From Dicyema japonicum (lineage: Eukaryota > Animalia > Dicyemida): a stretch of 64,000 nucleotides of DNA. The notes under the pieces are model-generated. The model searched no databases and was not told the origin of the DNA. It saw nothing but the letters and a program-made list of their open reading frames with translations. The number at the start of each line of letters is the position of its first letter. Within the stretch, counting starts at the first letter, position 1. The translations under genes and the position numbers were made by a program. The stretch covers positions 127,229 through 191,228 of the forward strand of contig RDEW01000019.1 of the NCBI GenBank assembly GCA_011109175.1. The letters run 5' to 3'. Below are positions 35,056 through 48,000 of the stretch, piece by piece.

Positions 35056-36511
35056 CTAATTTACTAAAATATTAGATTGACGTGACACTAAATTTGTCAT
35101 AAAACAACTATAAAACAAAAATTTATACGTTAAGAGAGCACACAAGTGAACAGTAAGGACGTTGGTAGAGTCAAGATCCCGTGACCCCAGAGCTGATTGG
35201 TTAGCCAGTATTCGTATATCTGCTCTAGTAATCGGTCTCCAATATCTCATACTCAAAATAGGTTGGCCACACTGACAGGAAGAAGCAGTCAGCAAATACA
35301 TCCTCGTAATAAGGGGACCAGCCGAGTCGGAGTTATTCAGCAAAAAATCACGGATTCTTTGCACAACGGGGGACATTTTCCCCTTCAATTTAGTCGCAGA
35401 ATACTGACTGATAAAGTAACTCCTCAAAATAGCGCGACCACAAAAATCCTTGAGCGAAACTATGGACTCGGAAACGGGGGGTTCTCTGCTTTGAGTTTGA
35501 ATGGTCACTCGTTCGTATATGGCAGTAATAGGCTGGGATAAAGGTTCCATGACGAACGTGGGGAGTTGGACGATGGGATTGGAACTAAAATCCAGCTTCC
35601 TAAAAATCCAAAATGCAGTAACCTAAGATTTCTTAGATGATAAAGCGAGTCGGGGATAAATTGGAGGGAATTTTCTGATAGGTTGAGCTCCACGAGGTCA
35701 ATAAACAGAAAAAAGTGGGGTTCAATCAGTTTAATATTATTCCTGCAGATTTCCAGGGATTTCAAAGATTTTTGAAAGTTGCCTAGAATACAAAAAAAAC
35801 TTGACCTCGGCATACCAGTCCCGGGAGTACAGTAATACAGTTGTCACTCAAAATCAGGTGCTGAAGAGACAGGACACTAAGACTGGCTGGAAATTTAGTC
35901 AAGTTGTTGTTGGAGAGATCACAAAACTACAAATAAGAGGGAAAAAACTGTCAGGTTGACGACGGAATTAACAAATCGGTTAATAAAGTCATAGTCCGAA
36001 TGGGAAATAGTCAATCTGGAGATATTCTTCAAGTCTTGTTCACTGTACAAGGCAGGAACATTTCCACGGGATATCTTGAGCTCGCAGTTAACCCGCCTCA
36101 GCTAGAAATGATCAAAGTCAAAGACCTTTGCCGGCATGGTGAATTCTGGGACATCAGAATGGGGACGCTTCCCAGATGCTTCATTGCAGTAACGAACAAG
36201 TGTGGCCGCATCTTCAGGAGTTGCCTGAAATTGTTTAAAATGCAAACATTTCTGATCAGAACTGTCCGTCCTGGATTTGAGAAGGATAAAGTAGCCTTTC
36301 CTTGACTGGTGAAGTTCCCGTGAACGGATGCTATGTTTTCCTACATAATGAGAAATATTCATACCAAGGGGAAGATATATTTTTTAGAGTTTATGTGATT
36401 TACGACTATGAATTCCCGTTCTCCCTTAGTTCTTAAGGAAACTGTCGATTTCTTAAATCTGTAAATTGACGTCCTTAGTCCTGGTTCGACCACCGCCACC
36501 TCGCACTCCAT
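35056..36511 (-). CDS. LRR1: Leucine-rich repeat protein 1 (CUL2 substrate receptor); introns 36341-36364, 36225-36247, 36102-36125, 35927-35948, 35783-35805, 35600-35622 (22-24 nt)
   Basis: MECEVAV...ENIASVHGNFTSQGKATLSF (LRR1 N-terminal domain), DLSNNNLTKFP, LVCRGNFQKSLKSLEICRNNIK (cf. LCHSTLQKSLRSLDLSKNKIK) and C-terminal ASSCQCG; six GT-AG introns restore one frame. Confidence 0.88.
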
Positions 36512-37119
36512 TTTTTTAATGAATAAATTTTTATTTTTTAAATTAAAAAATTATTAAATATTAAAAAATTAAATAACTTTCCAACTGTTCCAGAGACAAC
36601 TGTATTCAAAAAATGATCTCCTGAGTCAGTATGAAGTTACTTCAACTCATCAATAAACTCACTCTACACTTAACACATACAACACACGGTCAGCTATGGA
36701 TGCGCTGCGTGTGGTACGGTTTATCTTAAACGAATCTAAAGTAGATCTTCGATTTCTTAGTAACAGTTAAAATAACCATCGACGTTTCTCGACAATCTTA
36801 TTCGGCCGACGCCATTCAGATCTTTCTGGAGGGAATGGGCGCTCAAGTGATACCCCCGAAGCACCGGTGTGTTAAATAAAAATAAAGCCACATGAAAAAT
36901 TGGTTGTCATTTTACTCCCCTATGACCTTCAGACAACACGTGAGCATCATGCTGCCTTTTTGTCAAAGAAAACACAACATCCTAAAGCGACTCCTTGAGA
37001 AAATTTGACTCCGACCTTACCCTTTTCGAGACCAAAGTGAGGAGAAAGAACAAGCGCTTCATCTCGCGTAAACGTCTGCTAGTAACGTAAGCCTACAGAA
37101 AGTACGTGATCTACTGTTA

Positions 37120-37450
37120 GGATTTATTTTATTTATTTAAAACCAAGAATCACCAACAAAATAAAATAAAGCGGGGGCTGTCAGGTGATCCCGGCCTCCT
37201 TAACCAGCGAGGATTACATACCGAAAATGAATTATTGAAAACACCCAGGATCACACTATGGCCACGTTTTCGTTTTCTTAAGCTTCCATAGCATTGTTTG
37301 CCGGAACTGCTTGATCCATTCTTAAGATATTCCAAATAACTTCTACCTCTTCCTTTAGGCCGTCAGTTCAATTGAATTCTATATTCCGTAAAGTTCTTTG
37401 TTACAAATCTTTTCTGGAATCTTAGCTGACCTTAGCTGATTTCTGTGTGT
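37120..37450 (-). mobile_element. APE-type LINE 3' end with (AAAT)n tail
   Basis: gccgggatcacctga end motif plus tail. Confidence 0.6.
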
Positions 37451-37699
37451 AAGTTTATTTTTCCAGTGTGACTGATTGACGCCCCATGTTCCAGAATTTT
37501 ACAGAAACCCAGCGAGGCAATTTTGTCTTCAATGATGCATGAGGACTACTCATCCATCTGGACTTCCTCACTCTTCTCAATGTTTTTTTCAGTTGACTGG
37601 CCTTCTTTTTTCATTTTTGTCCGTTTTTTCGATATTCATTTTCGATGACAATTTGTAGAATATTTAGGGTATTACGGAACTCGACCTTAGTTTCTTTTA

Positions 37700-38960
37700 A
37701 AGAACATTGAATTTTACAATTTTTCTGACAGCATCGCAAAGAAACTTCCCCCGATACAAATAGACCACATTGATGTTGTCTGATTCAGCAGTTTTCCCAC
37801 ATCAATTATCTCAGAGAATTCAGTTGTTAGTAAAATTTGTACTTACGTAACTCAAGGTGATGGTCAACAGCCTCTCCAATCCAGGAGGCGTTGGTGTCCC
37901 TCACTGCATTGAGGCCACCAACCATTCGACGTGAAACGAACTGACTCTTGGATCCCTTTTCCTTAACTATTTACTAAGTTATTCAGAAGATCTTGGCTCC
38001 GTTAAATATATGGTCCAAGACGATGGAACAATCAGGGAGACGTTCGATTATCGAGCCTCTAAAATCCGCTATTTCCACTTTACCAGTACTTAGCCTACTA
38101 ATAAACACGCAGATGCAGAGATTATATATGTTAGCTTTCCACTAAACGAGTTCGCCTTCTAAAAGAACTTAGAGTCCTTGTTTTAATTTATGCACGTATA
38201 GTCGATATTATCTCTCATATTTTTAATAAAAAACTATAGGAAACTAGTTGAGCCACAGTTGAGCTGCATGAGCTTGATCCCCATACTAAGTTCCTCTCCT
38301 TTCTACCTCTTTCCGGAAAACCTGGAGAATTCAACAATCATATCGCCAAGGCTATTGAAGAAAATGAAGGTCAACTTCGATAGTATTGGATGATTCAAGC
38401 ATTCTTACCCGTCAGATTTGGGGGCTTCTGTTGTGGACGTTTTTAGTCTTCCTTCCTGTCCTCTTTATCGAGCAAAAAATTTCTATCCGGACTGTTCTTC
38501 CAGATTTCTGCAAATCCACTCTGGACGACAAACTTGCTGATGGGCTGAAGAGTTAGTCGGGGGCCTTTGAAAAAAACCCCTCTCGATCCACACAGATTGA
38601 GGAACTGGACTAACATTCGTACAAGACTACTCAATCGACCATTTTGGAAACGGACGACTTGCACCGTCAGGCTTGCTTTCAATCATCCTCTTCCCCCCGC
38701 AGCGGTGCTGCTGAACGTGTTTGGTTCCCTTCTGGAACAGGACCTCTTCCGAAATTTTATATCGATTCGTCTTAGGATCGACCTGTGCCAACCTCATCAG
38801 TGCCGTTTTGGATCCGTTATGGATTGCAAAGGAGTTCACCAGCTTTCTTGACGTCTCAGAAATGCCCGGTTCCCAGGTATGCCGGTTGTGAAACACTATC
38901 TTGAGGCAGCTGGATTCCCGTCATCTCTGGATCGTGGAGATGGAAAGCATCATGACGGGA
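37700..38960 (+). mobile_element. Degraded CRE-clade element (RT to REL)
   Basis: GVGVPHCIEA; SIRLRIDLCQPHQCRFGSVMDCKGVHQLS; RGDGKH.DG. Confidence 0.7.
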
Positions 38961-39059
38961 TAAATGACGCCACTACCCCCCTTTAGCAGATCTCATAAGA
39001 TCCTAGGCGATTTTTGACATGCGCATATGCTCCTCGCCTCGAATTGAAACTGTTGTGAC

Positions 39060-39860
39060 AAAATGGTGGAAGACCAATGTATTGAACAATCTTGGTTATG
39101 GAATATTGGAAATCACCATATTCTAAAAACTCTCTACAAACAGTAATTTGGACCATGTTCTATTACCTATACACGTGGGCTCGAAAAACGAACATTGGAC
39201 CATGATATGGTGATATGAGTGAAATTTTCACTAAATTTCACTTTGAAAGACTGGGAGATTGATATGAACACGTTGAGCCGCAAAATATAAATATCCTAAC
39301 AAAACGAGGTCATTCTACGGAAAGCTTCTCATAACTATGTAAGGTGCCACTCAGCATATCGTGAGAGTGTTGTACGAGCATTATATCAAAACATGCACTC
39401 CTTATGCATACATCAAATATAGAAAAGACAACAGATATACAAAACATAGAGTGACGGGAAAGAGAATCACTTGCGAGCGAAAAGATTGCCTTCAAACACT
39501 CTGGAATTCTTAGCTTAAGCAGTGCAGGATGGCTGTTGATCCATGACCAAACAGTTCTATGTACATCACGAACTTTTTGGGGCTCAAAGGAGAAACATCG
39601 AGCAAAGTTGAGGGTTTTAGTAGAACATGTCAGGATCACATTCATTTGATTCCCATAAGGAGAACCTCTCCAAAAAGAAGCCAATGTAATGGATACAGCA
39701 AATGACAATTTTTCGAGTCACCATGGCATTGAAGGCCACGTGAGACGGGTGGATCACATGACGCCAAATTGATAGAAGAGCTATAGATAATGAGCCATGG
39801 TAAGTAAGAGGAAGTTTCGACTAAGCAGATAGTGGAGAAATTAAACCCATTGGACATAAT
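39060..39860 (+). mobile_element. Two adjacent APE-type LINE 3' fragments
   Basis: GSKEKHRAKLRVLVEHVRIT near 39640; gggtggatcacatgacgcc at about 39750. Confidence 0.6.
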
Positions 39861-40329
39861 TTATTTACATAACCGGAAAATAGCAAATTATAAAAAATCG
39901 CAAAAAAGCATTTTTTTCATTTTTTCATCTAAAATTAAAAAAGTGTATATAAAAAATAATTTAATTAAGTAATTTTTATTAACCTAGTGGCCACGTGGTG
40001 TCATGTGGCTATTTGATTTAAGATTTATCTTACTCAGGAGACACCCAATGCCTGGTCAGCATTCAAAAGGATCCGTCTATTCATTCCACTTGGAGACAAT
40101 TTTGTTTCCTGCGACGAGTTCTGGAATCGATCTAAGCTCCCCTAACAACGCTATCTGGATAACTGTGGTTAGTTGAGGATTGGAACTAGTCAGTATCAGA
40201 AAATTGGTTAGTAATGATTTACCCTGGACTTTGGAATAATTTAATTAATACCAAAATAAATGTTGAAAAGCATGTTAGTTAATAAAGCTAACTTTTAAAA
40301 GACGTTGTAAACATATTCCGTTATTTTCT

Positions 40330-41260
40330 AAAGTAAAAAACATAAAAACCTTCCCAGATTCATCATACAACCGTGATCGTGAGGATCATGTTTGACATTT
40401 TCGGCTAAATGAGTATTCCCTTCATCTTCTTTATAAAGAGCGATCTTAAACAAAGAGTGCCCTTTGATCATGATGTTATCGAATGTATGCTCAAAAAAGT
40501 GGTTGTCGTAAATATTTTCCACATATTTCCAATTTTTATCGTCACATCCTTACACATCATCAGTTAGTCTACATTTCCGAGATTTTCCAGTAGAATTTAG
40601 CCGAAATGAGAACCCTCGATATTTATTTGAATTTGTTTAATCGCCTTGGAGTACTCGTCTTCCCACAAATCTCTTTGAACAGCATTTATTTTTGCAAGTT
40701 GATTTTTATAATCTTGAATTTTCTAAATATTTACGAATTTTGGCATAACATTCTCGTGAGCAGCTAATAAAAATTTTAGTTAATCTCTGAATTTATTGTT
40801 TTTGTCACAAATATTAAATTTTCTCAGTTGTTCTCGCGTAAACTTCTAAAATTAAGCAGATTTCCACATCTTTGAGTTCCGAGAGAATTTTGTTTAAAAT
40901 TTTTATTTTGGCCTGATCCATCTTGTTTTTTTCGTCAATCAGGCAAATCCTCTGTTTTAACGTGCCTATTTTTATTTCCTTCGAACACTTCTTCTACGTT
41001 CAAAATTATTTGGTAGTTTTTGCTTTCAACGTCTTTTTCTAACAAATCAAGCCTAATTTCAGAATATTAGACTCTCTCGGTGATTAACGACAAAATATCT
41101 TCATCTAACCTTTTCTGCTTAGCATTTTGATTCTAATCTCCTCACAAGCGTTGATCAGTTCATTGGTTTGGGAGATTTCGGATACGTAAATATGCTTCAC
41201 GTTTGATGTCTCGGTGTTTAGAAATTCTCTCAAAATTGTCAATTTTTGCAACATTTGGTA
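40330..41260 (-). pseudogene. Possible interrupted coiled-coil coding region, unresolved
   Basis: Heptad-like K/E/L-rich stretches in shifting frames (TILREFLN...EEIRIK; KEIKIGTLKQRICLIDEK...ILSELKDVE) with candidate tiny introns; no clean frame found. Confidence 0.3.
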
Positions 41261-42724
41261 ATATTTGAAACAGTTGTCGAAGGGGTCCTCCTACCGTCCC
41301 CTCCCAACTCAATTGCTGAAGATTAACTTGAAACCTCTTCTCCTAAGAATAAAGTGATGTCCGCGATGGTAGGACGTGTGGTGAAAATGGAAGAGGTATA
41401 TTTCTCCACTTTTCTTCTGAAGTGAAAGACTTTAATAGAATATTTGGGGTGGAGTTAGTCGGGACAAGCAGACGTTCTCCCTTGGGTTCTTTCCTTGACT
41501 TAATTAGTTGTGACTATTTGTGCTGGGTGGTTAAGGTGGTGAGGTACCTTTATGCACGAAATATCTTCATCTCAAGATATATAAACTTATTTCACTTCTT
41601 TTGTAAATATTTAAAATGATGGACTCAAAAGACAGTGGATATGCAAAGTTAGAACAGCGAAGCGCTAAATACTAGGAAGGTTTAAATCCCGTAAGGAAAA
41701 AAATTGGGGGAACTTGGAAAAATCTACCTTGAGAAGGAACGAGACAATTCCCGAATGTTCTATATTCTATAAACGCACGAATTATACCGGAGGGGTTGGG
41801 ACAGTGACGTCCCCCTATAACACATTGTGTTAAATGAACGCTTGAAAAAAGGAACTTTCGCTCGGTTGTGTGGACAGTGGAGGACCACAGACGTTGGATG
41901 GCGCACTGGGATCACCTAACTGTTTGACGTTATTTCTATCTTTCTTTCCCAGCGATCTCGGTACTAATAATAAATAGACGCTTGTCTATTCTAACGACTT
42001 TTCATTCTAACCTTAACGCCAAAGGATTAGATGACCATTAAAGAGAAGCTTAGAAAATATTGAATTTAATGTGTTATCTTCTGAGCCAAAAATCAGAGAT
42101 AGACTAAATGAATTTAATATTGAAAGTATCGCCAATATCAAGTTCACTGATATCGAATTGATATAAGCATTCCTATTCGTCAGATTTAGGGCATCGCTTC
42201 ATCACTGCTGTGCACATTTCTTTACCATCCTACCTGTTTTCATTATCATGCAACACACATTCATTCAGTTTTTCTTCCTGATTACAGCAGGGTTGAGGAG
42301 TAGGTCTATGACATATGAAGAGACCCCCATATCAGATCCACACAAATCGATCAACATGCCAACATAAATTACAAGATCCTTTTGGAAGCAAACGACCCAC
42401 AGCGTCGGTCATGCATTCTGTCAGCTTCTTCTCTCTACAGCGATACCTTGCAAAATGAATTCCCTTCCTCGTCAATTGGATGCCTTTTGGATCAAGAAGC
42501 CTTTGAGTAGGTCTTTCTGTCCGGCTTGGAGTCATCCCTGTCGATGTGGATCGGTTTTGACCGCAAATGGCTTCATCCCTTTCTTATCGACACAACAGTT
42601 CTATTACAAAAATACTTAATTAAAAATATGTATATTGACTAAAATAACAAAGTTAGGAAACATTTAATATTTTTGATTCTAAAAACTATTTAAATTAATT
42701 AAATTTAATAGAAGATAGAATATA

Positions 42725-43030
42725 ATTGGAATGTCACGTGGCGTCATGTGGTTGCGAATTAGTTAAATATTTCTGTTCGCTTGTCGGTTACTCCTCTTCC
42801 CCTTCCTACTAGAATGGTGTCACGTGACCTACCTGTCTCAGTTGGCTGCCATTGCCAGGCTGGAATGACAAAGGATCATTTGTTCTTTTTCACTCTAATC
42901 GAGGGGTTTCCACAACTGCAAGGAATGGACGTCTTTTACCTTTTATGCTGGTTCCGGATGGACTTGTGAGACGATGAAGGACTCTGTTTCTGATACATTG
43001 GAAACTGGATGCGCTTAATTGGTTGATAAC
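42725..43030 (-). mobile_element. APE-type LINE 3' end and UTR, inverted homologue of 33370-33645
   Basis: Shares tgcagttgtggaaacccctc, aaatgatcc and ccacatgacgccacgtg. Confidence 0.75.
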
Positions 43031-43224
43031 TGTTAACTTATTTCTCATCAAGTCTTCCAAAATAATGTTCCCTCCATCATTGAAAATACACTAGAATGGC
43101 CAATAATTGAAAATGACTCGTGTGATCGTTGCATCGTCAAGTGATTATGTGCCAAATTAAGGCCGTTTGGTTTGAGTTGCTTTTAATATTTAAGAACTTT
43201 CTGACAAATTTAGACTGTCCATAT

Positions 43225-43300
43225 TAATTCTTTTGGTTGCGCGTGAGTCCCTGATACAATCCAATTCTGTAGTAGTGAGTCACTGATGATTAGGGCGATT
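43225..43300 (-). mobile_element. SINE body fragment
   Basis: gagtccctgatacaatccaattctg...agtgagtcactgatga resembles 44015-44065. Confidence 0.45.
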
Positions 43301-43876
43301 TTTATTTTGACTTTAAAATTCAATAATTTGACCTTTTGTGACTTTATGGAAAATTTATCTAGAAAAAAAAATTTTTAATATGAAAAAAACTAATCTAAAT
43401 ATTAATAATTAAAAACTATTTCAGGTTAAAAATTTCGGTTTTCAGATAATAATTTTATCAATAATAAAAATCTTTTCTATAATAATAACGATGTGGAAGG
43501 ATATTTTTCAAATAGCCGTATATGAACTGAGAAATTTGTTGTTTTTCCATTTTTTAATAGAAAAAACTTATTAACAGAAAATTTAGATTCCAGATACTTC
43601 CTAATTTTGTATAAATTGTTACTGAAATACAATTTTTGAATATGCTTGCTGCGTCTTTTACTGTGAAGTAAGTTTTCCCTGTCATCTTTATCAATTTATA
43701 ATCCAATATTGACATAATATAGCTAATAAATTGCTCCGTAGTTCATTTTAATAGATTACTTCCAAGCATCTTTATATTAAAATTCCATTTCCATCAAAAT
43801 TGTTTTTATTTTTTACCCCAATAAAATTTTTACAATAATATTTACAATTCCAAGACAATTTCCACTTTTTTAAAGA

Positions 43877-44183
43877 CTTTTCACGAGAGCCATAATATGT
43901 ATAGCTCCGCATAGGCAGGACACACACTTTATTTAAGTAAAGAACAGTTAATTTTAACTAGTCGTAGAACCAAGGAATGATCTTCACTTCTTTTTTTCTT
44001 TTTCTTGTGTGAGTGTCCTTTCTAGACAATCCAGTTCCGCAGTGAGTATCCACTGATGACGGCGTCACTCGTCCAAACCCTTTTAGCATCGTAGATGCGT
44101 GGAACCTTCCACCAGGTGAACAGCAGCGAGAATCGAACCCGTAACCTAAGTCACTTTAGCCTGACATCTAACCACTACCCGGC
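43877..44183 (-). mobile_element. Full-length tRNA-derived SINE with RTE-derived 3' tail
   Basis: Head gccgggtagtggttag...gggttcgattctc (A/B-box like); tail matches the RTE 3' UTR at 54544-54584; candidate TSD atttccactt / atttcccctt. Confidence 0.85.
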
Positions 44184-44899
44184 TATTTCCCCTTCTGATC
44201 AGAATTATTTTGAAAAGATAGCCAATTTCAGTAAAATTTTCTATTTTTTATGCAAGAAATTTATTAGTGGATTCATATATATTTATATGGATCCCGTAGA
44301 TCAAACCAACTTTTCAAAATCTATAATAAATACATTTAAAAAACTCAAAAATAGCTTCGGTCAAGTTACCTTTGCATAAGTTTTCTACACTTTAACATAA
44401 AAGTAAAACGATATCCTAATACCCTCAAACAAGTTTTGTAAAATTTACTGTTCAACTTATGCAAGGAAAATCATATTCGACTAAGCATTAGTGACCTCAT
44501 AGAGTCAGTGAATGGAATGAGAAAATCAAATATTTTTACAGTGGCACCTGTGAAATACTAATAAAAATGATAAACTTGTTAGTTTGAAATGTTTTTTAGA
44601 CAAAAAAACATAATAAAAAGCTGTTGCTAGAAAATTCGTGAGTTGATAGAAAATTCACAGGATGTTTTCTAATAACAGTCTCAATCTTTTCAATGACCGT
44701 CCTGATTTGAATTCGGCATAACAGTTGCCACGCTATTATTTTATTCAAAAACTCTAAAAATTAATAAATAAAAAATAAAAACAATAAAAATTTTGACTTT
44801 ATTGACCTAAAAAATTAAATTTTGACTATTTTTGACTTTATAAGTTTTAAATTATATAATATTTTTCGGTTTTACAAAAAGACCTGGTCAATATCAAAA

Positions 44900-45050
44900 G
44901 AAATCTAAAAAACGCCGACGACCTGGACAACATGAGAGCCTTGGCTAGGAACAGGGGCATGGAAAAGTATGACAACTAACCTTGTTTATTTTGCTGCACA
45001 TGCGGGGCTATAATTAGTATGGCTCTCGTGAAGTGCTTAAATAATAATAT
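44900..45050 (+). mobile_element. RTE 3' end (type with gctgcacatgcggggctata UTR)
   Basis: DDLDNMRALARNRG; UTR near-identical to 54535-54600. Confidence 0.8.
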
Positions 45051-47249
45051 AATATTTTTTGATAAAAATCACATTTTTATAAGTTTTAGGCAATTTTAAA
45101 GAACATATAAATTTTTGACTTTATTGACAAAAATCTCCCTACTGATGATCAATCCCAGATTCATCGTAAATGACAGTAGCGAGATCGACCCTAGACCATC
45201 TGGATTTGGTCCGGGACTCATTACATTGCGCCATCCGATCGTTATCTTAAGATAAAGTGAAACTCATCTTTAAGGAAGAGGTCGAAAATAAGCAATTCCG
45301 TGGCTTCAAAAGTACAGATAATCTCATCCAAAAAACCAGTTTGTCTTACTTGGAGGTTCTCTCTTCTGTACTACCCTTTGAACCTGTTGGTATCGATTAT
45401 TTCTAAAGATATCAAACAAAATCCTTGATCATCATTCAACTATTCATAATAATCAGAAACCTTCTGAAGCAGTACTACGTCGACATGTGTCTCCAACAGG
45501 AGACGAAAGTTCACATTCTTCCCACAAACTGACATTTCCAGAATATTCAGTTATCAGAAAGTATCGATCCTCTTGCCTTGAAGTAAAAATCATTACCCTC
45601 GTCAAAGGAAAATTTGTTGCAAGATAACGCCTTGCCATTACGAACCCCCATCCCCCGTAGAATATCTCGGGATTTCCATAGATACAAATATTACAATGGT
45701 AACGTGCGTATCCCCCTGCCAGTTCTTGTCCAATGGATTGTATTTCATCAGACCTGACCCTTGCCTCCTTTAATATCGCCACATTTATGCTTTCCGACTT
45801 TTGGGATTCTCACAATCCTATCATCCAGGCACGTTCACCTCTGAAAAGAAATAAAACACTTTCTGTATTACAAAAACGTTAATTGGGACATTTTAACCGA
45901 AAAATTCAGATGGCAATGAAACTTCAGATTGCTTTTCAGAATCAATTGGATGTGGGGAAGTTGAGGACGCCCCATTGGAATGAATCTTTTGCGAGCTTGG
46001 AGTATAATTTCATGAGGTTTCTGACGGCGGCGTCGATCGAACAGAAATATCCGGAAATCTTGAAGGATGTGAATTCGGGCCACGCTGGACGTGAGAAGTT
46101 GACAATGACTCTTTCTGGAGTGACTCCAAAATTGTCACCGAATCATCGATAATGCTATGATTTATGAGTTGGTTGACGATCCCCGTAGTAGATAAAGAAG
46201 GCAATTCGTGAGTACAAAAATAAAGAAGAACTCAAAGTCAACGAAATGTTTGTGGTGGGTTTGTGTAAAGGTGCTGCCGCCAAGACAGTTATATACTCAA
46301 TGGAGGTGAAAAAGACAAGATTGTATTTAACAATCTCCACAATCTTTCAATTTGGCAGTCAGATATTGGAAAGAGAGGAATGAGATCGTTTCATCGATGA
46401 TATATTTCCAAACTTATTGGTATTCTTCATATGGGGGGACTAAGTTGGCTTTGTATTATGTTTTTGATTGGTAGAACTTCAAAGAATAGCGATAAAGAAT
46501 TGTGCAAGTGGAGAATCAGGATTGGGTTCTCCAGCATATGGGATGCTAGTTCAACATGTGGAAAGCTTCTGAGATATCCATAGCTTAGAAAGACTAAATT
46601 GCAGGCGATAGGTTGTTATGATTTTTTAAGGATCATCAAAGAAAAGTGGAAACTAGTATTTTTGCTGAGACTATAAAACGGAAGAATTAACGGATTACCA
46701 AGAAGGTTAAACTCACTAATTAGGTGATCCCAGACTTTGTTATGGCGGTCAGTATCAACGTGAAATGGAAAGTACTATTATGACCATTCAATTTGGTGTT
46801 TATTTATTATTTCGGCACTCAAACCCAGATATTTCAACACATATAGATGAGTTGCAGAGAGAGCCATTAACCAGGACGTTCTTAAGATTATGCCTACCAT
46901 AAGGAATTCAATCAACCACTACGAACCGTGTGATAGAAGAGAAATCTTCAATCGAGTACCCAAATAGTATCAAATGGCACCACGTGGTCAATTTAATTAA
47001 CCTTTAATAAGCTAACAATATAAATTTTAATTATTTGAATTTTTATTTTATTTATTGTCACTGGTGGTCTATTGAATCCGTGAAGCAGCATTAAAATAGA
47101 ACACATTTCCCTGCTATCTCCCTTACCATCATAAATTAATTTCCCATTTAGTATTTTGCTCATAAGAAGCTTCAGTATTCGGCCGGCTTACTGAAAGTAG
47201 ACATATGCTGCGGTATATTTGATACAATTTTTTTTCAAAGAACATAAAC

Positions 47250-48000
47250 CAAAACTTAAAAGAATTAAAAATATCATAACTTTTTGACCCGCCTCATATG
47301 TATGGTGTTAATTTCTTTATCTTCATCTAGAATTCTGACCATTTCTTCTTCGTGTTCGTTACTGTATATTTTTCGTAAAAATTTGGGCGTATAAGGGGTA
47401 TTTTCTATTAGCGTCTTTGCGTCCCCATCGTTACTTATTAAAATTTCATCACCGTCTTAAATTTCGTCGTAGAATGTACTAATACTGCCTCGTTTTCATT
47501 TTGGACGTCAAAATCTAGTAGCGCTTCTTCTTTTTTTTTTCATATTTTTTAGAAAGATTCAAATGGTCTTTGTTTTGTTGTATCGTGGACAGCATGGTTA
47601 TGATCGCTAACAATGTCTTTTATCAAATTGATATAGCATCCAAAATTGCCTCTCGATGCACTCGCCGATGAGATTCATCATTTTATTGATTAAATCTATT
47701 GACATTAAACAAAAAATACCGTTCGACTTGTCCCTGTATCCATGGAGCTCGTGGTCGTCCCGAAACGTGGGACATATTGTTGTTCCATATGGGAATTTTT
47801 GAATTCCCTTCCATTATCTGTATGGAGAATAATTGGAGATCAATTATGCAAAAAATTCCATTCAGGATTCGGCGAATCTCATTTGCAGATTTGCCAACGG
47901 CACCTTCTACCACACCAAATTTTTAACTAGAATTGAGAGAATTAATAATTTTACCTGACAATAAACACGTTTAGAAACCTCAGTTAGCCACTTCACTACG
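47250..48000 (-). mobile_element. DDE integrase remnant (Ginger/Gypsy-like), frameshifted
   Basis: KSANEI...IFCII(G)SPIILHTDNGREFKN, HVSGRPRAPWIQGQVER, HNHAVHDTTKQRPFE. Confidence 0.75.

Noticed and set aside
41790-41830. Short match (gtgacgtccc.ctata.cacat) to the sequence just upstream of the RTE start at 29079-29105
   Set aside because: About 25 nt only and the flanks do not extend; chance or a tiny remnant.
44035-44085. CTGATGA plus hairpin in the SINE core, resembling a hammerhead ribozyme (also 48995-49020 and the reverse complement of 59055-59085)
   Set aside because: No GAAA follows stem II, the CTG is tied up in the preceding hairpin, and it lies antisense to the Pol III head.
46040-46110. 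EILKDVNSGHAGREKL, like an integrase zinc-binding segment
   Set aside because: Single short motif without the downstream Cys pair or catalytic core in a traceable frame.
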